Source: Saccostrea echinata (taxonomy: Eukaryota). From it: DNA of 64,000 bases. Where the stretch lies: NCBI RefSeq assembly GCF_033153115.1, contig NW_026889805.1, positions 10,974,001-11,038,000 on the forward strand. Reading direction: 5' to 3'. The position numbers and the translations under genes were made by a program. Of the stretch, positions 23,401-35,400 are shown in pieces (positions within the stretch are counted from its first letter, which is position 1; each line of letters opens with the position of its first letter). The notes under the pieces are model-generated. The model had not been told where the DNA came from, searched no databases, and worked only from the letters and a program-made list of their open reading frames with translations.

Positions 23401-26400
23401 ATAATACTGGTGGTAAATATTTTTGAAAGATTGTAAAAAACAATTTAAATTATCTAATTAATTGATTTTGTGGGGAAAAAAAAAGTTTGAAAATGTATGA
23501 TGTCTATTGTTCATCATTTAATTATCAACCAAAATTATAAATAAAAAGCATGGGATTTTTACAACTTCCTAGGTGGGAGTACAAATGGTAGAGAAGAAAG
23601 CATGAAGAATAGTCTCCAGCTAAGAACAGTAACTATTATGCCTTAGTTAACATCATGGTGACCTGTGCAGTGGATGCCGTCCTGATGCTGCTGGTATCCA
23701 TGGTGACAGAGACACTGATACACCCCGCTCCAGTTGATACAGTCACCATTCTTACAGATCTGGGGCCCATACTCCTCACATTCATTCACATCTACAAAGT
23801 ACAATCTATATATTGTAGATTGGAGGGATCTGTACGTGTGTGCAATAATTAATGCATGCTGACATTCAATGTTTGAACACACAAATTCAATGATTTTAAA
23901 TGTTTTATTTTCTTTTTTAAGGTCAAGATCTATAAAAATGAGTTTAGACCATCTTTTTGGTGCTAGATCCATTATGATGTCATAATTCATTTAAATTTCC
24001 TTTTTCCCGTACTTTGCGGCTATAACAGAATAATGTAGAAAATGACGCACTTTCATGGAATTCAATTTGAAATAATGTCAAAAGTAACCCCGATACCTAT
24101 ATTCAGTTTAAAATCATTTTAAAGAAGAGGTCAAGAATGAAAAACCATTTTCTGAGAAACTGAAGGCAATCTGGATACATTTCCTTTGTCTGAGATGGAG
24201 AAAACTCCCATGTTTCTAATACCTGATTTTCTTCATTTTGCATTGAAATGGGCAGTTTAAAATATGTTTTTTCCATTGAGTTTACCTAAAAATTATGTCC
24301 CAATACACCTTTACTTATTAAGCTATAACTGTTAAGAATTATAAAGGAATTTATTTCTAAAATTTGTGAAATCTTCAGGCACTTTTCATTTACTAGATCT
24401 TGACCTTAAAACAAATTATATTATCAACTGTGAAATACTTTTATAATCACATGCTATATGAAAAACATAGGTAATCAAAGATTACAAAGCTCACCTCAAC
24501 AAATGTTATCTATAAATAAGGCAAATTTCACATCATATTTTTTTTCTGTTTAGGATACATCCCAAGATCAATATCCATGCAAGTCTGGTTTAAGTAGGAC
24601 TTATAGTTACTTGGAAATAGACCTGCTCAAAAAACTTTTAACTAACTTAAGTAATCAAGAAAATTTTGGTCAGTTCCAATATCCAAAGCAGGTCTGGAAG
24701 TTTCATCCTTAGATGCACCATCTATGCAAGTTTAATTATAACAGGTCATAATATTATATAGCTACTCCAGAAACATTACCCTGGTCACTCATCGGGATTC
24801 AGAATCCAAAGCAAGTCTGAAAGTGTCCATCCCTAGATATATCATCCATGCTAATTTGGTAAAAATATGGCTAAAATTCACTCATGTGGAAAATCTAAGT
24901 CAGATCCAGCATCCGAAGCAGGTTGGTTAGTGTACATCCCTAAATGCATTATTCAATGAAAGTTTGGTCCAGGTAGGGCTTATAGTTACTTGGGAATAGA
25001 CCTGCTCCAAAAACAGTCACTTATCTGGAAAATCTAGGTTAGATCCAGCATCCGAAGCAAGTGTGGTAGTGTCCATCCCTGGATGCATCATCCATGCAAG
25101 TTTGGACCAGGTAGGGCTAATAGTTACTTAGGAATGGACCTGCTCCAAAAACTTTAACCTAGTCACTCATCTGGAAAAAGTGGGTCAGATCCAGCATCTG
25201 AAGCAAGTCTGGTAGTGTCCTTCCCTAGATGCATCATCCATGCGAGTTTGGTCCAGGTAGGGCTTATAGTTACTTGGAAATGGACCTGCTCCAAAAACTT
25301 TAACCTGGTCACTCATCTGGAAAATGCTGGTCAGATCCAGCATCGGAAGCAAGTGTGGTAGTGTCCATCCCTAGATACATCATCCATGCAAGTTTGGTCC
25401 AGGTAGTGTTTGTAGTTACTTGGGAATGGACTTGCTCCTAAAACTTTAACCTGGTCACTCATCTGGAAAATCTAGGTCAGATCCAACATCCGAGGCAAGT
25501 GTGGTAGTGTCCATCCCTAGATGCATCATCCATGCAAGTTTTGTCCAGGTAGTGTTTATAGTTACTTGGGAATGGACCTGCTCCTAAAACTTTAACCTGG
25601 TCACTCATCTGGAAAATCTAGGTCAGATCCAACATCCGAAGCAAGTGCGGTAGTGTCCATCCCTAGGCTAGATGCATCATCCATGCATGTTTAGTCCAGG
25701 TAGGGTTTAAAGTTACTTGGGAATGGACCTGTATCCTATAACTAACCTGGTCACTCATCTGGAAAATCTAGGTCAGATCCAGCATCCAAAGCAAGTGTGG
25801 TAGTGTCCATCCCAAGATGCATCATCCATGTAAGTTTGGTCAAGGTAGGGCTTATAGTTACTTGAGAATGGGACTTGCTCCTAAAACTTTAACCGGGATG
25901 CCGACGCCGGGGGTATAGCATAAGCTTCATCAAGGTGAGCTAAAAAAAGTAAGTTGTAATATATGAGTGATATGACATTATCTTGTTATTATAAAACACA
26001 ATTATACAATTATTTAATCAAGCTAAACAAATGATAATTGTTAATCAGTAAATACTGTCTAATCAGACACCTGTCAATCCATTTATCTGTAAATAACAAT
26101 CTTTATTTTCACTTCCAATTTACTGTATATTTTCTGTGTTCTTCCACTGTGAAATCCAACACCCTGTCTATTCCAACACAGAATTTGTGTCCAGGTGCAG
26201 ACTAAACAGGTTTCACTGTAGTATCAATGTTTATAATATATCTGTCATCATTACTAGAAAGTTAAAATTACCAGATTACATTAAATCTTAGTAAAAATGG
26301 GCATTCTAAATTATGAGGACTGAATTGATTCAATCTAATTAAAATTAGATGTTCCGAATCCGCTACCGCTTGAGAAGCGGTAGCGGATTCGGAACATCTA

Positions 26401-29400
26401 ATTTTAATTAGATTGGAATTGATTCTGTTGTTGAGACTAATGTAAGGTATCATAGCACTATATTTCATTGATGGCCATGCACTGCCAAATAATTCCTGAC
26501 TTTCCCTCCCAAATTCGGTCATTTTTGCACTAAACAGGCACTCTTTTTTTTTTGGTGAGATGAAAACGTTACATAAATTTCTGACCATCACTGTAAATAA
26601 GTTAATTGCTATGAGATGACCCCAGTTTACATTGCTAAATTATAAATACCCAGTAAGACTGTAATTTTGGGAAAAACCCAAAAACACACACATATATATT
26701 CCTGTGTTAAATGTTCAAACAAAAACGTTAACTGTACTTGGGTCATGATCAATAGATGACATATTGGTTGATAAATTTGTAATTTCAGGAATAATTTAGT
26801 CTCACTAACCCAGAAATCAGACATGCATATCCAGGAAACTAAATGTCTAATTCCAGACAAATTACTGATCCATTTTCCTGATTATCTTTCCCAGACAAGG
26901 AAAGCCTGCTAAAAATTATGGACAGTTCCACTGAGTCCTGAGGTTTTGTAGGAAGTTCACTGATCATCAAAGCAAATTTATACAATGTAATTACGTAGTG
27001 TATATCCCTAGTAAAAATATAATCTGTGACATGTCCAATCCCAGGTTTCACAGACCTTCAATTACCAATATTTCCCTCTAAAGATCAGAACATTTAAGAC
27101 ATGCAGAAGGAACAATTATAATTTTGTGGTAATTGGAAGAATAAATTTATTTTTGTTCCCATAATATACAAGACCAGCCATCTTTTTTCATTACTGTAAA
27201 AACAATTCTCCATTACTTCTGATAAATCATATTCATTAAATACATGATTTACAACAAAGTATCTTCTGATAATCACTATATGGTTAAATTTTTTTAACAA
27301 CAAATTTACAGGAACACCTTTTTTTAGCATGAACATACTAAACACTATCTACTACAAAGATCTATACAGGGGGACAAACATTCTCCTTACAAACCAAGGG
27401 GAGGTGATCGAGGTGGATAGGCCTTGTATTCAGAGTGCAAGCAGATTCTGTTCTGAAGGTCAAATGGCACAAAGTCAAAAGTATCACGCCCTGACCTCTA
27501 GTATGCCAGAGTACCTCAGACAGTGGTCTTCTAAGACCCTATAGTGTTACCTGAGAATGTTACCTGTAAAATTGGTAATGTTACTAGTAAGATTGTACAG
27601 TGCTACCTGTAGGACCAGATAGTGTTACCTGTAAGACCTTGTAAGATGGTGTTACCTATACAGTTGTGTTACCTGTAAGATGGTGTTACCTGTAAGATGG
27701 TGTTATCTGTAAGATGGTGTAACCTGTACAGTTGTGTTATCTGTAAGATGGTGTTACCTGTACAGTTGTATTACCTGTACAGTTGTGTTACTGTAAGATG
27801 GTGTTACCTGTACAGTTGTGTTACTGTAAGATGGTGTTACCTGTACAGTTGTGTTACCTGTAAGATAGAGTAATTTGTATGTTTTTTTTTACCTGTAAGA
27901 TTGTGTTACCTGTACAGTTGTGACCATCCATCTCTAACTTCAGACCATTACCACACTCACAGCGATATGACCCTATAGTGTTGGCACAAATCTCCTGACA
28001 ATCTCCATTGTTTTTCTTGCACTCATCTACATCTATAGAATGTTAGGACAATATTATAAATCATCATTTATATTTTTATATGAGAATCTAGTCAAGTAAA
28101 AAGGTTCTTGACAAATTTTAGCACACAATATACCAGAGAGTCAGCCATACTTGTAAAATAATAAAGAACCCAATGATCTGAAAACTATAAATTTCCCACC
28201 ACTATTTCATGATCTCCTAATCAAAAGAATTCACCATTGAATTGTCTCATCATTATCCTGGTCCTAGAATGATAAAAAAAAATTTCTGGGATACTAACTA
28301 GAAAACTGACACAGTCAGCGAGAGCCCTATCCCTCACATAGGCCTTCAGATTACTAATTAATCTGACCGACATATTTTTTTTCAATACATGATGTCAGAT
28401 TAAAGTGATCTGAAGATATACATGGGCTCTAATGGCTTCATTGGGACTTGACATCTACATTTGATACAGAATGTTTAGAATAAAATGTAGCACATAAGAA
28501 TAGGGGACATGAAAAAATTCACTCATATATGTGTAGAATTATCAATAGTTAAACACTGGACATACAATGTACAAACAGACGATGCATAAAACAATATGAT
28601 CACAAAATTAATAGGAGTCTTTTTCTTATAGTCACCTTCTTTGTATAATTTTTAAATTGTATGAAAACTATTTGAGTTATCATGCCATGATAGATTTTCA
28701 GACATACACACAATGCAATATGACCCCAAAATTTACAAGTGTCTTAATTTCTTTTAGTCTATAAAGTTTTTCTGTACAAAACTTGAAAATGGTAAGTTGA
28801 AAATTATTTGAGTAATCGCATCACAAAAGTGTTGACAGATGAACAATATGATTCCTATAGGGCTCCCACACTACACGCAGGTCCCTAAGTACAGGTAATA
28901 TCTCACCTTTAAACATGATTCATCTGACAGTCCAAGTAACCCTAGATACAACTAACATCTGACAGTCCAAGTAACTCTGGATACAACTAACAGATAAATG
29001 GCTCACCTTCACACAATTCATCTGACAGTCCAAGTAACTCTGGATACAACTAACAGATAAATGGCTCACCTTCACACAATTCATCTGACAGTCCAAGTAA
29101 CTCTGGATACAACTTACAGATAAATGGCTCACCTTCACACAATTCATCTGACAGTCCAAGTAACTCTGGATACAACTAACAGATAAATGGCTCACCTTCA
29201 CAGAATTTATCTGTGGGACTGTGCAAGTAACCTGGGATACTACAGTTACATGTAAACGAGCCAGGTGTGTTGAGGCATTCACCTGGACATAGATTTTTTC
29301 TGTATTCCTGGCACTCATCAATGTCTGTAAATATACATTTTCATATTTTTTGGACTCAGAATTAAAAATAAATATCTCAGTAGTTTCAACCTCTTTTGAC

Positions 29401-32400
29401 ACGGCTTTTCTCATCAAAGTATGGAATTCTTTTTAGACCAAGAGGATAAATAATTAAGAAGTAATAAGAATGAAGGATTGCAAGAGATGTGGCTCTAGTC
29501 CATAACACTTTTCTAGAGAACAGAGAAAGTATTCCTTGACCATCCTTTTATTTTACAGCTTTCAAATTGATTTAAAAGAGTTACCTAGGCACCATTGGAT
29601 AAAATGAAATTAAAAAAAAAAAAAAAAATTCTGCAATGTTCTACATCTTTAATTAAATGTGCCTAAAGTGTATTTGTGCTTGTGCCAGGACACACACACC
29701 ATCATTTTGACAATGTTTCTTTGTAAGAAATCTAAATTTGAAGAAATACCTGCATTATTGTTTCATAAAGAACATAGATTCTGTAAATGTATCATATTTA
29801 GTACTACATTTGGCGAAAATTGATTTTTCAACAAGTTAGTGTAGATTTAACATTTAGTGCATATTCTGAATGTGCTAGATATAGGAATATAATATATCGA
29901 AGACATTAAGCAATGTCGAATTATGGAAGCTGCTTTCCACCAAAGATGCTAAAAAGAATACGCATCCAAATGTTATGTAATGGTTTGGGCCGTGGATATT
30001 GGCCTGGGTAGCTCAGTTGTTAGAGCACCTGACTATATAGTGATGCAGGGGTCCCGGGTTCGATTCCAGGTCCAGCCATATACATTTTCTCCTTTTCTGT
30101 TACAGATTTGGTGCCGTTGACCACCCCTGGACTTGCAGGTGAAAGTCCTGTCAGGGCTAATAAGAACTTGAGTTGTGTCTTCGAGGGTGAAGACAATTTA
30201 AGGATGGAGGCATGTAATGGTTTTGGCCATGGATATCGGCCTGGGTAGCTCAGTCAGTAGAGCACCTGACTAGTGATGGAGGTGTCCCGGGTTTGATTCC
30301 CGGTCAAGCCATATACATTTTCTCCTTTCCTGTTACAGTTTTATAACATTCGCAGTACTCCATTTTAATGTGACTCCCCAACCAGGGGAAACAAAATCAT
30401 ATCCAAGTAAAAGGTGTTCCTATGAAAGATCCCATCGAGCTTCTGGCTTATGAAGGATTTTACTGACAGCATAAAAATGATCTAAATAAAAATTATCAGC
30501 AAATGAAAACAGTTCCTAAGAAAAGAATAACCAATATAAGATTTTATTAGTTTATTTGTATACATAAAATAGGTATATCCATTTGTAAGGCACTTACACA
30601 AGGAACCTGGAATATATCCTGTTAGAATCAAGATTATGCAACATGTTCAGAAACAAATTTAAAATTCTGGTTATACAACAGTCAAAATGGGATTAATGCA
30701 AAAATATTATTCACTGAACTGTTATTACATTCATATTTTTCTAATGCATAATATGCCTTAGCTCTTTATCAACAAATGTGATTTTGCACAACAATCAAAC
30801 CCACGTCCTAAATACCAGGAGAACCGATCATTTTATCTCATAAAAAAACTCTGGAAATTCCGAATGTCAATGTTGGGTCAGATTTAAATCCCATGCAAAG
30901 GTGCAGTTTATTGTAGTGTGACTTCATAATAAAAAAAATTGTGCTTGGTAAGGTAAAAGGATCTGAAACTAGCTGAGTTAATTCCCAGGGATTTTTCTGC
31001 TGGAATCCACCTAAATTTCTGTCATGTTTTTTTTTTCTCGATAGGCATGTCTACTTCTTCCTGCTATGGATCTTCAGTGCATACAATATTCAAGGACAGA
31101 ATTGCATAGAAACACAAAGTACAAAATACAAACAACCTTGAGTATTCATTCACAGATACCTGTACTTCCAGTTTACACCAAAAGGTTAATTCATTTACCT
31201 GGCTGACGATGAATTACCTGGTTGCATAGATTATTAGATTTATTTTACTTTCATAGCCTCAAATTTTAACTATGTTATTTAGTTTCTATTTAAAACCATA
31301 AATAATTTTTACAACTATATTTGGAATACTTTTCAAAAAGCTATCACCTGTCCCTAGCTTTGCATTCATTCATAGTCATAATTTTAGAGAGTTTAAAACA
31401 TTAGTGTTCTCCTTGGAGGATAAAAGGAAAAGGTTGATAGAACATGCCAAATTTCATTTCAAACTAGTCTGTTCAGCACAAAAGAAAAAATTTTTTATCA
31501 TATTCTGATTTAAAAATTAAAAAACTTGACACAAATTCTAAAATTCAACGATGACACTTCAACAAGTGTTTTTCTAAATCTTTTGCCCATGCAAATGTCA
31601 TTCTGCATTTGCTGCAGTTGAAGGTGAAGAAATCAGAATGGCGAGTTGTTCTATGGTACTTCAAATCATCACCACGGAAAAATGACTGACCACAAAGTTC
31701 GCACTTGTAAGGTTTCTCTCCGGTATGGTAGCGCACATGGCGGTCTCGATTTGGCTTTGAAGTGAATTGCTTGCCACAAAAGTCACAAATGTATCTTCGA
31801 TGGATAGAGTTGCAGTGTTTATCAAAGGCCTCAAAGTTGTCAAACGTTCCACGACAGATGTCACACTTAAATGGTTCCTTCATTTTGAAGAGAATTTCTG
31901 GCGTGATGACGCGTTCAAATCCTGGCGAGCGAGTGACAGTGCTAAAGTTGTTAGAGGGCATGGAAACAGGAATGGGTGACGGAGAGGATGCTGGCAATAT
32001 GACATGGTTGTCCTGCTCATTCTGAGGAAACACAGGCATGCTAGACGCTGGACTTGCTGTATCTGAAAAGCTCGGGGATATGCTCTTAGGATTATCAGCA
32101 CTTGTGAGCTCAGACTGATTTGAGCACTCAGACTCAATTTCTTCATCGTCTGAGCAAGCTTTGGTGCTCTTCATCTCAGCTAGGTTTTTAAGATGAGCAG
32201 GTAACAGACTGAAGGTAACATTAGAGTTCTTTTTTCCAGTTTTTCTTGGCATCTTAAAATCTTCTTCTTCATTGTCACTGCTAGAATTTTCCATGTCCTC
32301 TACATGATTCAGTGAATCTTCATATTTCATAGCTTCTTCACCAGCAGAGTTATCCAGTCCACTGTTTTCTGACTTGCTGACTGATTCATCATGTGCAACT

Positions 32401-35400
32401 GAAATGTGGTCAGTGAGATCATTCTCAGACTCAAAGCCTGTTTGACACTCGGTACACCAGTACTGACTTGAGATTTGTTCCTTTTCATTGTCATTCATCT
32501 CTGGTTCAGTTTTGACAGATCCAGCCTTTCCTTCAGAATTGGACAGATCCTCTTCTTCATTGTTAAGTGTGGAGGGAATGACCTCCTTCTTAATGTGGAT
32601 TCGGATCTTATGACTCATGTCTGAATGTATTAGCATATGTTCACGCAGATTGGAAGGATAACGGAATTGTTTCATGCACACAGTGCATGTGTGTCTCTTG
32701 CTCTGTACATGAGTGTGCTCATGCTTGATGAGTTGGTCGTATGTTGAAAGCATATGAGAACAAAAGCAGCACTGATAGGAATCAAAATTTTCATCTGAAC
32801 GATGCTTTTTCAGATGACTAGTGTACTTGAAGGGGTCCGAAAACTCTGACCCACAGGGAACACAATTGAAAGTCTTCTCCTGCCCATGCACCAGCATGTG
32901 CTTGTTGTACATGAGAGGATTTGATCCTGAAAAGTTACAGATCGAGCACTGGTATATCATTAGTTCAGGGTGACTCTTCTTATGTTTTTGAAATTTGATG
33001 ACATCATTGAAGCTCTCACCACATGTAGGACAGCAGTGTAGCAGTTTTGTGGCATGTTCTTTCTTCATGTGATTTTTGATTGTTTTTCGATCCATGTAGC
33101 CTTTGTTACATAGGTTGCATCTGAAGGGCTTGTTGTAGTTGTGTTTGATGAGATGTCTTTTTATATCATCTTTTCTGGTGAAGCTTTCTGAACATAGCGT
33201 ACACTGATACGGTTTATAACCAGTGTGTAGCCTCATGTGCCGTTTCATGTTATTGCGACAAGTGAAAGTGTTGTAACAGACCAGGCAGGTATAGACATTG
33301 TGTTGATTCAGGTTATGATTCTCAAATGATGGTCCATCTGGGAGCACCTGGTAACAGCGCTTGCACTCCACATCTTTTACTGGCTTTATGTCGGCTTTTG
33401 GAGCTTCACTATTGTAAATGTACCCAGGCACATCATCCTCTTCATTCTTTATTGTACTATTTTTCTTAGAATTGGTTTGCTGTTTTTGGCGGGTTGTTTT
33501 AACTCTCTGATTGGAAAGTTTTGGAGCTATGATTCTACTCATCATTGGCTTTTTGATCACTGAGGCAGACATTGACGAATCTTCATCATTCTCTGCTCCC
33601 ATCCCCTCCGTCTCCATACTGGTGTCATCACTATGGGAACTATCAGAGTCTTCATTCTCCTCAAATGTACTGTTCCTCTCACTATTTACATCACTGAATT
33701 TGCTAAATGTCTTGTTTGAATCCTCACCTAGAATATCATTTGAATTTTCTGCAAACTCTTTTTTAAATTGATCTCCATTAGAGGATTTTCTGCCAAGGGA
33801 TGATTCTGAATTTCCGATAGTCTGACTATCATCTTGTTCGTCAATCCGATTTTTTTCTTCTCCATCAAAAGCCTTTTTAAAAAGTTCATGAACTTTGACC
33901 ACAATTTGTTTGTCCTGGTTTTCTGGGGAGATGCAGATGATTCCGTCAATCTCTAGTTGTTGGCTATAGGCCACTGCCTCCTTGCAGACGGTCAGAATTG
34001 ACTGCTTCAGCAGACGTTCCACAAGTGATTGCTCAGCAGACGGCATTGTCACATCTTCTGTGTACAACTTCTGAAAGACGGAATATAATACAATTTAGAG
34101 AAATTTAAAATAAAAATTTGAAATAAATTTTCCAAACAAATTTTGAAAAATGTAATTCATGATACTTTCAAAACTTAAAGAAAAGACATAAATTATTCAA
34201 AACTGGGCTTTTGAAAGTTTGAAACATGAAATAAAAGCATTTGAAAATAAAACATTTCTAATAATTTAATACTCATCAGTATTCAATGTTGGTTAACGGT
34301 TACCATTATCATTTGAATATCCTGTATTTCACTTCTACTTTAATTATAAAAAACGCCAAGCAGAATTTAGATTCAATAGTCTATCCATTTCAAAATCACA
34401 AAAGGGAAAAACCTAGAACATTTTAAAAAAGTCAGCAAAATGAAAAAGAAAATCCTCTATCACTCTTATAACCATCCACTGGACTCCCACACTCCAGAGC
34501 AGTGTATGACTCAACAATTAAAAATCAAAATGTCTAAAGGAAGCCATGCAATCAAAAAAAAGAACCTCATTTGGAAAAATAAGACTTGGTTTCAATGTTT
34601 TTGTCAAGTACAGGAGCTGATTAAAAATTTCCTGTGTCAAAGTGCCATTTCCAATTCTCCCCTCTCAGACCTATTAGAAATGGCTGCTTCCCATCTACGA
34701 TCGTGTGTGAATTCCAAAAACATACTTCCTTAAGTTGAAGTGTTCATCCTGTAAAGTTCCATTAAATCCATGAACTCCATCCTCAATCAGTATTAATTAC
34801 CCTCAAAAGTAGCAATAGGGGGAGCAAAACATGAGCCAGGTTTCCTTATTTACTTTTTGATTTGTAAAATTGTGTCACTTTAATTTTTTTTTTACCTCAT
34901 TTCCCACTTCCAACAGACAAATTATAAAAATGTATCAGTTTAGTCTCTGAATTTTATTAGAGAGCTAATTTATACACTTTTAATTACTTCATAAAATTGT
35001 AAAGTACATACATTGGCAAAATAACATCAAATGCCATTTATGGTTTATAAGACAGTCTAAGTGGCATATGGCCTTGAATTTTATGGTTTAAAAGTAGGGC
35101 TGGTACGATACAACTTTTTCTATATCGATACGTATCCCGATATTTGAGCCACGATACGATATGTATCACGACATGTTTAATTGGTTATAAATTCTTTTTT
35201 ATATTGAAATGAACAAGGCATTTCTTCACAAAAAAGAATAATTTATTCAAAGAAGTTATATATCTGTTGTAAAACTTAATTATGTTGGTCTTAATTATTA
35301 TGTATTTCATATTCATATTTATATTAAGCATATTTATTTTACATATTAAACCCAAAATGTTAAGTTAACAAAGAAAAACATTAGTAAGAATTTTTTGGGC

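Noticed and set aside
28920-29417. 165-aa ORF with a 21-aa repeat ([21 protein letters not shown])
   Set aside because: Wrong frame relative to the EGF exon; it is a by-product of the 63-bp junction repeat
30001-30311. Two apparent tRNA genes or SINEs
   Set aside because: Stems are imperfect and both are embedded in TG..CA direct repeats with PBS and PPT, so they are LTR components
31545-34070. ZNF exon as an alternative last exon of the EGF gene
   Set aside because: The ZNF exon starts in phase 0 while the host introns are phase 1; the fusion would be out of frame
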